From Sphagnum compactum (Eukaryota), in NCBI GenBank assembly GCA_965153455.1, contig OZ234493.1, positions 10,220,213 through 10,284,212 on the forward strand: 64,000 bases of DNA. Reading direction: 5' to 3'. The notes under the pieces were generated by a model. That model did no database searches and had not been told where the DNA came from. It saw nothing but the letters and a program-made list of their open reading frames with translations. The position numbers and the translations under genes were made by a program. Shown piece by piece: positions 24,677 through 37,829 of the stretch. Within the stretch, counting starts at the first letter, position 1. Every line of letters begins with the position of its first letter.

Positions 24677-27600
24677 TATGGTGTCATCATTTCCAAGTCC
24701 ACGCTCAAGATTATTGTGTTCGGGAATTGCACCACCCCGTGCGACCTCATGCAAGGTACCATTCTCTCTAATAATTGAACCATCCCTGATGTTTGGATGA
24801 AGCATCTTGAAAACTTTCATGACATGTTTATAAACAATGCCTTGTGCTTCAAGGGGCTAATCACATTGCAACCATTTTGAAGTTGGGGCGTGTACAGTCC
24901 ACACTTTTCCCAGGTGGTTGATGATGCCACAAATGCAATGTCATCCCCATCTGGATATAATAGGACATTTGTATTTGGAATATCATGAGCTCGTAAAAAG
25001 GCACTGGTAACAATACCTTATTATTTTTTGTTTCTCACATAACCAAAAAATTTGCATTGCACCCTGTACCAATAATGAGTTAGAACATTACCAACAAGAT
25101 TGTAGATGAGCCAGTCCATCTTACATCCTGTAAGCTTTTCTTAGGAAGAATACAAAATTCACTTCATGTTGTTGTGAAATGATTCCATAATTGCATTGGT
25201 GTCTTGTCCTGCATGGGGGATGTTTCAATTTCCATGCACCATATCCTTGCTTTTTGTAACAAGTGTTATTTTAGGTATTCATAGAAGTGGGCTAAATCAA
25301 GGTGAGTGGTTGCGAACAACTCAAGTTGTTCTACCCACAAGACAAGTTCTACATGAAGTGGACAATCTAGGGAATACATGATGCTTCCAAGAGTAGATAA
25401 AAATTTTCACCTCTCCTTCACACTAGTAATCTTCTTGATTGCATTCTCAACCAAAGCTTTGCGGACATGCCATAGGCACAAAAACACTTTGGCTCTGAGC
25501 CAAATGTTGCTACAAATGCAACCTTAAGAATTAAACTCTGATGTTTGGGCTCATAAAAAAAAATCCTTCAACATGGGATGGAATGAAAGTAAATATCAAA
25601 AGTCCTTGATTTGTAGCACAAGGAGAATTGTGGGTATGAAATTGTTGAAGCCACAATTTCTTACCTAAGGACATTGATTTCGGCTTGCGCATTGTGTCCA
25701 CAATTTTAGCATTGGACATCCAATTGATTGGGAGGTGTTTTGATAATGCTTGGAGAACTGGATGTAAGTCATTCTCCCTACTTTTTCCAATGACAATGAA
25801 AGCAACTAGTATGCCATTTTGCCATTCATCAAACACCATCAAGGTATACAAAGGGTACTGCAAAGAACATGGAACAAATATTATGTCTTGCATTCATAAA
25901 CAATGATCTTGTCACTATATTTCATGTAATGGAAGAGGACATTCAACGGAAGAGAAAGGCATACTCTGCTTTGATTCGTTCAAAAGGTTGCATCGAATGA
26001 AACTGAGCTACGGTCTCCAAATTTTTCCATCATTTCAAACTACCATGGAGTTTGAATTCTAAATGTGAATGGTGTGTCATGAATGTGAATGGTGTGTCAT
26101 CTTGGTTCGGTAGATTTAGGTCCAAAGGGGCATGTTGAACATAATAAAAAATTGAATAAACCCAAATTCTGACACCAATGGGATCCTTGGGGTGTTTATG
26201 CCATAACTCATTAGTTTTATTCTTTGCCAAGTTTTTGACATCAGATGGGAGCACAAAAGTGTCATGGGTCACATGTTCATTGTTCAATTTGCCTTCTCCC
26301 TAATGTAGGCCCTATGATGAGCCATTACTTGAGTAGGATAAAGGCCTTGCCTTATAAGTCCCATCAAGTGTGCCTTCATACCAGCTAACAATTGAGATCC
26401 CAAAGCATGGTGGTATTCGAGTAGATCTTTCCCGTGGCATATTTGGCCTTGTTTGTTTTTATGTTCTCCATGTAGGTATACTAGTCTTGACAAAGACTTG
26501 TGTTTAGATATGGTTGCTTGGCAATGAATGTTCTTTGACAGTCTCACTTGATGGACATACTTGACATTTTATTCCCAATTCAAGATTTGGGTTGTGAATG
26601 TTGGCTTGATTTTGGAAACTCATTCAAAGATTTTCTTCCCTTTTTTTTGGCAGTAGTATCATTCCTTTTCCTTTGCATGCAATTTTGTTATGTAGACAAG
26701 AGAAACTTTTGCATGTTTGCAAGCAGAATGTTGGTTCTATCTTCCGATCCAAAGTTACAAGAATATAGGTATAACAAAAACAATGGCTTTAAATGACCTG
26801 CCAATGGAAGGAATATAAAGAAATGCCCAAATTGACTTTATGTGAATAGTCCAAAAGTTTGGTTGGTGAATCAAATTAACAATCAAACCCCATAAGAAAT
26901 TGAGGTCTAGGATACGACATCAAACACCACATGAAATTAAGGTCTAAGGCAAGACATCAAACCCCATATGAAACTAAGGTGTAAGGCAATATAACATAGA
27001 AAGTTGTAGGACATCATAATCCATATGAAAGTAAGGTATAGGACAGACAATGTGGGAAATGCTTAATTTTGGAAATAATAAATGAAGAATGAAATAATTA
27101 AGAATAATGTCAGATCATGAATAGATGTGAGGTACACTAAACATTGGAAATAGTTAGGGGTGGAGAGATTGGAAAGGGGTTGATAGAGTCTGCCAATCAA
27201 CAACTCAAAAAAAAAAGCTTGGATGTTACTAAATTTTACACAATGGTGCAATTTTGTTCTGGACCCAAAATTTATCAAAGTCATTTCAACTTGGGGCCTA
27301 AAAAATAGAGATCTTCACATATGGAACATTTCAAAACTTGGATGTAAAAGAAACAATGAATGGCATCAAACAAATATAAAAAAATACATTGCTTTGAAAA
27401 AGGATAACCTTAGAGATAAAATAACACCTATAAACAAGCGTTGCAGAATTTGTTCTAGGGTGTGTCAATGTGTTTCGGGGATTACAAATTTTGTGTTCTT
27501 TGTAAATTTGTAAGGGAATTCAAGGTAATTTTATTCCCTTTGGACAAAATCCTCGAGCCGATCCCATGGGATGACTACAATTTCAGTGTGGTTATAGAGG

Positions 27601-27840
27601 CCATGCCCGATTGTGACATGAGGAAGCCACTTGATATCGTGCTTTTGAAATTGTCGAGGAGGAGGAAATTGCACTCTTTCCTTCAAAGCTTGAATTAAAT
27701 CCCTTTCCCTTGAAGCAAGAAATGGTTCATTCTGCAATGTTTTTGTACCGACAACATCCACAACAACTTTGTCATCTTTGCGTGCCATTGCAAAAATGAA
27801 ATTCTTTAGTCCCACAAATGATTTGCCACTTTGGTTATGT
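24677..27840 (-). pseudogene. Mutator-like (MULE) DDE transposase with SWIM zinc finger, multi-exon pseudogene
   Basis: N-terminal IKWLPH..VIPWDRLEDFVQ; KFGDRSSVSFDATF*TN (first catalytic Asp region); YPLYTLMVFDEWQNGILVAF; KVFLCLWHVRKA; SWIM-like WLQCD*P..QGIVYKHVMKV. Confidence 0.85.
26884..27050 (+). repeat. ~37-bp tandem repeat in a MULE gene intron
   Basis: About four diverged copies of AAACCCCATATGAAATTAAGGTCTAGG..AGACATC. Confidence 0.65.
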
Positions 27841-29157
27841 ACCCTAGTTTTTAAAGAAGGTTATACAAGAATTAGAATATGGGCTAAATGTGAATTGTAA
27901 TTGGAAGTTTTTTTCAATTTCAAGCCGAATTAGAATCTAGGCCAAATGGAAGCCTATAGGTCGAATATGCATTCTTGTGCCAAAATCTACGTTGGATGTC
28001 ACAAACTGAAAAAAACAAAGGTTTTGCAAATAGTTAAACATGATAGAACAAAGGATTAATGTACCCCATAACAACTTTGTTGCAAGTTATTGGGCTCAAA
28101 TTAGCCTAACTTAATTTTGATTAAAAAAAGGTAGGATGGCTAAAGAAATTTTGGGGTTAACCTTAAGTTTAAGGGGATTAGGTTAAGACATATGTCTTTA
28201 TCCTAATAGGGCTTGAGGGGAGGTGGCCTGGTTAAAATAAGGGGGGAAGTAGGTTGGCCGAATTAAGATAAGGTCAGATTTTTTCTCCTTGTCCAAAACC
28301 GGTTAATGTTTCTGGGTAAGGGGGTATGAACAGGGTGAAGGATGTTTCCTATAAGCTTCTAGCAATTAAGGTTAGGGCAGGACAATACTATTGGCACTTC
28401 CAAGGAGTTGAAAAACAAGGAACTTGTTGCTAATTTTTTTTCTTGAGTGATGAATGGGGCATGAAGGGGTTGTGAAAAGGAGGGAGTAATGATGATAATT
28501 GTAAGGAGGGGCAAGAGATCTTGGCATATCATGAGAGGGTGAGATAGATAAAGGTGGGAGGCCACAACATCATGAAGCAACTAACTTCTCAAGGTGTGGT
28601 CAAATCAACCTGTGTCTTGGTGAATGGAGACAAGATCCACAAGTGGTGACGATTGTGGGCAGTGCAAGTGTGGGGAGGAATTCATGAGTATGGTGACTGG
28701 GAGGTGGTTAATGGAGGTCAAGAAAAGGTGCCCAAACCTTTGTTGAAGTGAGAAACTAGGAGTAGAAAAGATGAGGAAGTTTGTGATTGTTGGGAGACTT
28801 AGGAACAAAGGTAAAGGTCTGCCTTCTTGTGTAGCAAGAGCAAGAATAACTAAAACTTAGGCTATCTAGTAGAGGAGAATAAAGAAGAAGACTGTTTTGG
28901 GGATGTGGTAAAGAGTTCGGGAGATATAGGTAGTTGGGAGGAAATGTGTAGCGAAAGAAAGTAATGTAAGACGATGTTAGGGTTTAGTAATGAAGAAGGA
29001 ATGGAAGATTTGAAAATTGAACCAAAATTACATTGTAATCACTTTTTGGAGATGTGGCACTTGTTTTGTTGGTAAAAACTTGTTGTACTTTTGGTCTAAG
29101 GATGCTTGCATGAGGCTAACCTGGTTTAGGGTTGTAACTAATTAATTGCAAGGAGAA

Positions 29158-29295
29158 AGGAGTGGTAAAGAAGTAGGATAACTGTTTGTAGCAAACAAGG
29201 GAAAAGGATAGAGAAGGGAATGGTTAAAAGAAGTAGGATAATTGTTTACAACAAACAAAGGGAGTGGTTAGAAGAAGTAGGATAACTCTTCGCAA
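29158..29295 (+). repeat. Three diverged tandem copies of a ~45-60-bp unit
   Basis: GG(A)GTGGT..AAGAAGTAGGATAA(C/T)T occurs three times. Confidence 0.6.
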
Positions 29296-29457
29296 TAGAC
29301 ATGAGAAGAAATAATAATAATAATAATAAAACAGAGGGGAGAGAAGGATTTTACTAGGGTTTGAACATAATCGGGCCATGCCCTTTGGAATGGTTGTTGG
29401 ATAAGGGAATGGATAGGAAAATCTATAGAATAATTAAATAAGAAATTAAAGGGTAGA

Positions 29458-30625
29458 TGACGCACTCCCAAGCTCCTTGATAGACTTAGATGTGAATCTA
29501 AAGTGAAAACAACAGAAGAATAAGGAGTTGGGGCACGCTCCTTGGTTCATAGCACTTCGGGGGTAGAAGGGCATGCTGGAGCTCCAGGATGGGGACTAGG
29601 AAGAGTGACAAGCAATCAATCACTCACACAGACCTGCACAAACCAAACAACAAGTTTGTTAATGCGGAGTTGCAACACTTTTGGTGCATGGACGAGCCAC
29701 GGGCACACATGAACTCACAAAACTCACAACGGCCCGGACTTGGGGGAAGCCACCACCTTCCCCCTTATAGTAAACTCTGTGCATGGCCATAGGCCAACGC
29801 CCAAATGTCATTTTTGTCCTGGGACTCCCGAACATCACAAACTTGCCCCCTCCATGTAAATGTGTTTTTACAATATTTTAACAATGTGTTCAAGGTTAAA
29901 TGCTAATGAAATATTGATACAATCTTTGATATGTTGTAATGACATTGTAATACAATGATCAATCATCAAAATGTGTTACAATGTCATCACAACATCATAT
30001 CCATGATTGTATCAACACTTCATTAGCATTGAACCTTGAACACATTATTAAAGTGTTATAAAAACACATATACATGGAGGGGGCAAGTTTGTGATGAAAT
30101 TCCCAAAATTGAGTCTTCCACGACTTTGGAGGCCCATAACTTTGTGTGAAAAACTCTGATTGAGGTGATGTTTGAAACAAAGTTGTAGCCCTCGTTAAGA
30201 GCTTTCCAACGATATGTGGCATGCCACCTGCACGCAAGGAAGTCAGGGCGTTCTTGACTTTTAGTGGTCGGGAGTCAAATTGACAATTTGACTCCCGACC
30301 CTTCTTTTGGCCATAACTTGTGTTTTAGTTACCCAAATGGGTCATGTGAGCCCAATTTAGACATCTAAGTTCCAAGAACTTTCCAATGATATAAAAAACT
30401 TTTCAATTTAATGGGTTTTGACCTCTGCAATCGCTCTTTGACGATTCGGGAGTCCATTAGTAGTCCAATTCCCAAAGTGGGAGCTCACTTGGGAGTGTGG
30501 AGGTTCATTCCCTCACACTCTCCCACACTCCCGGGAGCATGAAATGTGACTCCCGGGCTTCAACCTTGGCCCGCGCCTTTGCAAGCCCTTGCCTTGGTCG
30601 CAAGCCCAAGGTTAAGGTTGCGATA
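29458..30625. mobile_element. Solo LTR of an LTR retrotransposon (with internal MITE)
   Basis: Begins TGACGCA and ends TTGCGATA (CA mutated to TA). Perfect 5-bp TSD GTAGA at 29453-29457 and 30626-30630. No internal domain. Confidence 0.85.
29833..30096. mobile_element. 264-bp fold-back MITE inside the solo LTR
   Basis: CATCACAAACTTGCCCCCTCCATGTA is a perfect inverted repeat at both ends, and pairing continues imperfectly for more than 100 bp. AA flanks both sides (possible 2-bp TSD). Confidence 0.88.
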
Positions 30626-31504
30626 GTAGAGGTGGTGGGAATTGGTCAAGAATTTGTGATTCCCCCCTTTGATAATCTCGAAAGGGATAAGGGGGAATGG
30701 CCTAGGACAAGGTGTTGAGGGCGCGCTAAATTTGTGCTTAACACAAGCATGGATAGGAAATGGGTTTTTGAATTTGTTTAATGTAATAATCATGTTTGCA
30801 GATGGAGTTGAAGCAAACAACAATTTTTTTACAAAAATTTTGTGTTTCAAGTTTGTCCCAAGAAAATTGCAAGTTGTGGCAACTTATTGTGTTGGTTTGC
30901 ATCAATTGTATGGTTGTGGGTTGGCCATAAATCTTATCACAATTAGTTTAATTTTAAATGCAAGATGTGAACTGACTTTAAATGTGGTTCTGATGCAACC
31001 AAAGTCTAAAGCTTTGCGCAACAAAAACTGAGGACATTGAAGGCATTATTTATGCACACGAGTAATGTTGCCTAAAACATGGGAGTGTTCTACAGACAAA
31101 AAACGATCATAGTCCACAACGAATGTTTAAAAAGAGTTTGATGACATTCTTCAAAGGCGATGGGTAGGACCCCTGGTGGCCAGATGGCAACTCCGGTGGT
31201 GGGTCAGGGTGTCCAAGAACATTGGCTGACAGAGCTCGATGGGGGGGGGGGTTATTTAGCGTCTCACCATTCAATTGGTTATGCTTACAGTTATGAGCTT
31301 GTAAGTAGAGGACATGTTCACGTGTCCTACTACAACAACAAAGGAGATCACTAATTTTTTGATGTTGATGAAATTTGTCCAGAATTCAATATAGTCAAGA
31401 GAACAAAACCTTCAATCCCATAGTCAGGCAGGGTTTCTAATGGTTGTTATTCAGCACCATTAATATGACCAAAACAACGACAAACAATTTTGGAAACAAA
31501 AGTT

Positions 31505-31920
31505 TCATGCAACCAATGAGAAGGCTCAACATGCATTCATGAAGGGTCTAGTTTTTTTTCTTTTGGAGGGGGGGGGGAGGGATCTTTTGTATTTCCTTGT
31601 GCCCAATGTGTTCCCATATCAAGTTCTCAAAGTGTTAATCAAGTTCCCAAGTTGTTCCTCAAGACATTCCCAATAGCACCTCAAATTTATCCCATATGGT
31701 TTGCCCAAAAGTTTAACTCTCATGTATATAAACTGAAAAGATGGGCTCTACGGAAATACATTTGTTTCTATTTTGCAACTGGCATCCAAAGATGTGCTTC
31801 CATTGGAGAATGCCCAATGTTCCAAAAAAATTTGATGATAGCCCAATAAATATGGCTCTTTCAAAACAAGGAAAAAGTTATGAGCTTTCATGAACCAATT
31901 AATATGAATCACAATAGGCT
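31505..31920. repeat. Dispersed non-coding repeat, copy 1
   Basis: Collinear motifs shared with 54875-55165: CCCAATGTGTT, AAGTTCCCAAG, CACCTCAAATTT(T)ATCCCATAT, TGCC(C/T)AATGTTC. Confidence 0.7.
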
Positions 31921-33709
31921 ATGTCCCACATACTATAACCACAGCCAAGGTGGAAATTTCTGGATTTAGGCCCCACCCACTTAGCCATAGACTCTTCTTT
32001 GACTATCACCTATGCAAATAATATACTTACCTACGAAAAAGGACAAAGCCTCACTTTGACCCAAGCCCATTGTCACCAAACTACAACCTGCCTTGGTGAC
32101 CTTACTCATTGTCCACACTATTAGAGATTTCCCAAGTTTTAAGATCCTTGACTACTCTTGTAGTACAACCCTTGAGTAATTTACTTGAGAAATACTTGAA
32201 AGTGTTTTTCCCAATCTCATAGCTTCTTGATAGGACCATCCTGGGTAGACACTACGTTCCATACAAATCCACATTTATATCCAAGATCCCACCCAATCCC
32301 ACACTTCAAACTTCAAACCCCTTTAAAGAGTGCCTGTCCATGCTTGTACCAATTATTTAACATCACATTTTTATTCGGATTTCTTGAGTATAGGGGTTTG
32401 AGGGTTGGACTGGAGTGAGGTGCAAGACACAACAAGCTCCTCCAAAAGAAAGCAAGATGTTGTTGCATTTGTTCCTCCCCATTGGAGTAAAGCCTGTATT
32501 ACGGATCAACTTCTGCATAAATTTGAAAGTGTCTACGTAGCAAAATAACAAAGACACACCAAATGAAAGGAAGGAAAGAAAGTGGTGGGCATTGGGGGGG
32601 TATGTGGGTTTTCCCACTTTTACAGCCAGAAAAAGCAAGTAGAACAAAAGAGTCCTGCAAAAGTTGGCTATAATTGACAAAGAGAAAGAAAAACCAAACA
32701 AGCATCTTATGGCATGCGTGTGTTATTAAAGGGCTCTGGTCTTTATTAATTCGAACCCTTCAGGGTGGACAGTCCAAAGTGGAGACATTAGGATGCCTTC
32801 GGTTAAGTTTGGTGTACCTACATTTCCGGGGTCATGTGGTGGAGTGCGCTATAGAAACATTTTTGGCTTAATGGGTGCTTCACCATGCTAACCACACTGT
32901 TTTTCCGATTTAGTATGTTGAATATTTGACATCCTTACCAATGTCATTTGAAGGTTGGAGCCATTTGCAAAGTTTCAAACTGGCAAACAACAATTAAAAT
33001 AGAATACTTTTTACCCTAAGGTCAGTTTTGTGATTAAATAATCTTTAAAATAATGAAATGAATTTGCCTGAAAACATGAAGAAGTGAGGTGTTGAAAACC
33101 ATCATAATTATCACAAGCTACAATCAGAATAATTTCACTCATTATATGAAAAAATCATATTAGATCATGAAAAATTAATAATTTCAAAATTTTTTAATTT
33201 TTAAAATTTTTTTTTCCAAAAGATAATTATTCGTTTTGTGGATGTGGAAACTGAACTGAACTTGGGCTACAGTAATGAATGATCCATGAAGTTCCCAAAA
33301 GGATGAAGTGACTCAGTTGATTATTAGTTCACTGAACACTGACACCACCAAATACCAAACACTAAACACCTTGTGTTCAACATTCCTCAAAATGTGGGGG
33401 AAAAAAATGCAAAAACCTCAGTAAGTAGGTACTCTCTTTCTTTCCAATTCAAAGGAAACTTTGAAAGCAAATTCCCCTTGTATGCTTTTTGCACTTGCAG
33501 AACTGTTGTTTACACCAGCTTGTTGACGACTCACCAAAGATAGCAGCATCATCCAAAGCAAACCAAAACCAAAACCCACCCCCCCCTTGCTTTCTCGTTA
33601 CCCATATCCCTTGACTATCCATCAGGGATGAAGTCGCTCACAAAACTTGCTAAACTTTCTGTTGCTTCTTCTTCTTTTCTTGTTGATGAAAGAGTCTGAG
33701 ACTATGTAA

Positions 33710-33980
33710 AAGAGAGATATATATATTGAGAGAGAGAGAGGAGATTGGGGTGGGGTGTGGAGAAAGAAAAGTGCTAAGTTTTTTTATGTTCTAAGGGAAG
33801 GAAGGAGATTGCAGTTGTGAAAAAGAAAGCAGATCTGCAGAGATCATGGTTTGATTGCCCAAAAGTTGAGGAACATCTTCTTGGGGTAAGTGAGTGAGAG
33901 AGTGATGGGATGAGGGGAGTTTAGTGGGTGAGGATGGTTTTTGCCAAGAGGAGGAGGAGGAGGAGGAGGAGGAGGAAGAT
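33710..33980 (+). repeat. (GA)n and (GGA)n microsatellites upstream of the 34813 gene
   Basis: GA run at ~33728-33742; about 10 GGA units at ~33948-33976. Confidence 0.8.
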
Positions 33981-34812
33981 GCTTGCTTGGTAGTAGAATT
34001 GTCTTGTAAAAGGGTGGTGATCATGTTGTGGAGGAAGTTGTTGTTAGTGTGGGAAATGGGAGTGGTTGGATTGGGTTGTAAGGGAAAGGAGATGGAAATG
34101 TAGTGTGAGTTTTGGGGCTTAATCATGTGCAAATAGGTGGGCGCCCAATACTTGATGCCTCAAACTTGACAAACTCTGAGAAGGTGATTTCCACTCGACT
34201 GATCGAATAGAAGAATCTGATTGGAAATTAGGAGAAGGGAGACAATTGAACTGGAGAGCACTTCAAAGTGAAGATGATGAAGAAACTCATGTCTCCCACA
34301 TCCTCCTGTGACCCCAATAGGTATTCATTTGTTCAAAGAAGTTCAAAACTTGAGGTGCTTGCAAACTGGTTAGAACGTTTACTCTCACTTGTACAACAAG
34401 CTGCAACTTCAAAGGCTTTTTTTCATTTTGGAGATAAAAATTCTCTGCAATCTCATTGTAATTCTGTTGCATATCACCACCTGCGGGAATTGAAAACAAC
34501 TTTTCCAAATATGATCTTTGTTGATTGTCTTAAAATGGACCTGCTCTAAAGTCTTTGTGAAAATGACCAGAACCAGAGGTTTTAGAAAAATCCAAAGAAC
34601 CAGTCTCAGGAAGCAAGAGAAAACCTGAGCACAGATCAGCAGGAAACAATCATATGCTCCTGCAATTGTTGGGTGTATGACAGGTACCTGAAGGAAGTGA
34701 TAGACATTCTTGAAGATGGTGGCGGCAGTGGGAAGACAAGCAGACTACTAGAGATGAGCTGATTGCATTGTGATGGATTTGGAAAGTCAAGACTAGAATC
34801 ATCATCATCATC

Positions 34813-35274
34813 ATGGGTAGGAAGAATGCTGCTGCAAGTGCTGCAGGGGCCTGTGTAGGTAACTGTGTTGTTGTTGCATGCTGTTGCCCATTCATCATCC
34901 TGCATCTCTTGGTGCAGGCATGCATCAGAGTACCCATCAAGTTGGCTAGTAAGGTCATATCCAAGTATCAACTCTCAAAGCAAAGAAAGAGAAAAACCAC
35001 TGCTATGCCAGATTTTCTACATGATTCTGATGCTGATGAGGTGGACACAGACATGAGTTGCAAGGGTGAAGAAACTGGTAGTTGCTATTTTTCTTCAACC
35101 TCAGTCTGGGGTAGATCAGGGGAAGAAGAATCTGAAGATGAAGACATAGATCTGTGTGATGTCACAACAACAGCACCAAGTCTTGACTATCATGATCAAG
35201 TTGCTTGGCTTGAGTATGTCCATTCCATCACCTCTGACTTTGGGTTTCATTCTCTTTCGATGCGGAAGGATTAG
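34813..35274 (+). CDS. Single-exon 153-aa plant-specific uncharacterised protein (CCCP motif, basic then acidic region, C-terminal W..GF..S motif)
   Basis: Intact ORF in non-decayed sequence. The layout CVVVACCCP-hydrophobic helix-RVP.KL..K, acidic middle, W...GFHSLS resembles a known family of small Cys-rich plant proteins of unknown function. Confidence 0.8.
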   Translation: MGRKNAAASAAGACVGNCVVVACCCPFIILHLLVQACIRVPIKLASKVISKYQLSKQRKRKTTAMPDFLHDSDADEVDTDMSCKGEETGSCYFSSTSVWGRSGEEESEDEDIDLCDVTTTAPSLDYHDQVAWLEYVHSITSDFGFHSLSMRKD

Positions 35275-35777
35275 AAGTTTGCCATGGGTTTGGGAGGAAC
35301 AATTTAAGGCTTATCTCCCACTGTTTCCTTAGTAACTTGTGAGGATGATGAGGAGCTGCTGCTGCTGCTTCTTCAAATCTCAGCAAGATTTCGAGGTGTG
35401 GGATTCCAGGTTTTCTCTTCGAGCTGACATTTCAGCATGCACATTTCAGCACATATTACAGCTCCCTGGTGCCAACTTCTAATCGAAATGCTCTATGAAG
35501 CAGCAAAATTGGAGCTCACAATGAGCTAAAATGTGCCCCCAAAATGCAATCTGGGTTTGAGTAAAAGGCTGGAGTTTTATGACCTTGTGAGTAGCCAGGG
35601 CATAATAAGCCTCAAGATGGCACTTAGGTGGTGTGGCATTCTAACATGTCTATGTGCAAAATTTCAGAATGATTTGAAACTTTGGTGTCAACCCACTTTA
35701 CATGAAAGGCTCACTCATGGGGCAGTAGCAGCAAGATGAAGAGGCTCTTATTTATGATGGTGGTGTTGGCAAGATTG

Positions 35778-35822
35778 TCTTCTCTGTCTCTCTGTCTCTG
35801 TCTCTCTCTCACACACACACAG
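35778..35822 (+). repeat. (CT)n(CA)n microsatellite
   Basis: tctctgtctctctgtctctgtctctctctcacacacacac. Confidence 0.8.
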
Positions 35823-37474
35823 CCCACATAATCAATTTAAGATCTGTGTGAGAAAAAATGGAGAAATTTTTATTGACCTTCGATTTCTCAGTTCTTTAAA
35901 AAGCTATGTATAAACATAGCTTAAACCTTCTAATCTTCCAAATTCCAAATTTCTGTGTTCATTTTAGATCTTAGCTGCCAGGAGTCCAAATTGAACAAGG
36001 CATCTTTTGTGACTCTTAAATATTGGACATAATTCTTTCAGCTCTAGAATTTGCTCTAGATAATGGAATCAAAAACTTGGTTTACTTCACACGGGAAGCC
36101 CTATTGCTGCATTGTAGGGGAAAAAAAAACAAAATGAATTCTGAGCTGTTGGATTTGAGCCATCATTTTCATTTTCATTCATTGTCTTTTCTAGTTTTCA
36201 ACTTTCTTGGATCTTAATTTTCTCAGTTTTCATTTCATTTAGTGCGTTTCTTGGATTTGTACTTCCCTAGATAATATTTTTCTGACTTATATTTCATTCA
36301 TTAAAGGTATCCATAAGGTCAGGCGATTAGGGGGCGAGAACGGCCAGTTTCTGCATAAAACGCTTAACTGGGAATGAAAATTTCACAAACCGAAATAACT
36401 GGGACCCAAACTAGTTTTTCCACCAATTTTGGTGGTAAACTGAGTTTCATGCGGTCTTTCCTTTTTCCTGAGCGCCTCCACTCCTGCTACATATATTTTC
36501 ACTACCTGTACAGCTACTATAATTATTGTCGAACTTTGTGCATTAAATGCTGAGTTTCAACATTTCATACTGAGATTTAATAAAATTTCATTTTATTGCA
36601 GATATCACTGAAAGAGGGGATAGGGGGTAAAAGAGATGGTGACGTTATGGATAACTCTGTTACCATCCTATATTTACTGATTATCGTTACATGCTTCATT
36701 ATTTTTTCCTGAACTCAACTTTTTCAGATCCCATCTCTCATGCCCTTTATTTCATCCATTGTGTCTCCCGGATTTTGACATTTTGAAATCTTTTACTTTT
36801 TCGACATCATCTCATTTATTATCTTTCTCAGCTAAAAAATTCTTGAATTATATATTTCCCATGACCCATAAACCCAATAACCTGCACACATCCAAAACAT
36901 ACTTTTTTTCAATTAGTTTTTCATCCCTTTTCTACTTTTCCAAATCATATATCACTCAATAAACCTATCATTGCCTTTAGATGGAAGCGAAGGTCTGTAA
37001 CCGAAAAAAATTGCAAGACATTTTACACAATGTTGATCATGGGAAAATTGAAAGTAAAGAAAGTCGATTGCTTTAGGAAAATGAATATGCAATAAAATGT
37101 TCTGCCATTAGATTCAATTTGGCACTCATCCACTCAAAGAACTACCCTTAATTAGCATATCACACAACCTTTATTGAAAATGGATTCAATTCCCAAAATA
37201 ATGAAATGAGTTCAATTATAAGATCACCATTAGCATGCCTTGAGTTACTCTAGGGTCTGAACAACTGTTGTATGGGTTTTCTTAAAACCCTGAATATGCT
37301 GGCCAGAGTGGACCAGCACCCACCATTGCACCATCCATTGGATGCACATTATGACTCATTTGTGGATGAACCTTAACCAAGTTAATATCCGGTTTCACCT
37401 TGGTAACCCATTCTGCAATTATTAGGTCCTATATATGGGTAGAGATAGGTAAGAAAATGGTGATTATTAATTAA

Positions 37475-37829
37475 GGCCCACTTTAGACGAGGGTCCAGGG
37501 TCCAATTTCCTTGGAACCAATTTGGACTGATTTGAAGCAAATCGAATCCTTGAGTTGGACTGTACCTTGGTCCCTAGCCTGATTCTCGGTTTTCCAAATC
37601 AGGAGCTCTCTCTCCTTTTAATGTTTTCCCTCTCCGTTTCACACTGTTTTTCAGTCCAAACCAATTGATTTTCCCTCCAAAACAGGTGCCATGTAGGTTT
37701 ACCTCAATTTGCCACTTTTTGGTCTTGGACGCTTGTCTAAAGGCCTTGGGACCAATTTAAAGCTTTCGACCAATAAGATTTCTTGAATCCATTGGTCCCT
37801 GGAGCTTGGACCCTCATCTAAAGTCGCCC
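37475..37829. mobile_element. Tourist-like (PIF/Harbinger) MITE, 355 bp
   Basis: TIRs GGCCCACTTTAGACGAGGGTCCA vs reverse-complement GGGCGACTTTAGATGAGGGTCCA (20/23). TAA TSD at 37472-37474 and 37830-37832. Confidence 0.88.

Noticed and set aside
31920-32420. Possible LINE-derived coding remnant on the minus strand
   Set aside because: Trp-rich fragments, but no recognisable RT or endonuclease motif.
33791-34132. 113-aa Ser-rich minus-strand ORF
   Set aside because: Arises from the (GGA)n microsatellite and purine-rich upstream region of the 34813 gene.
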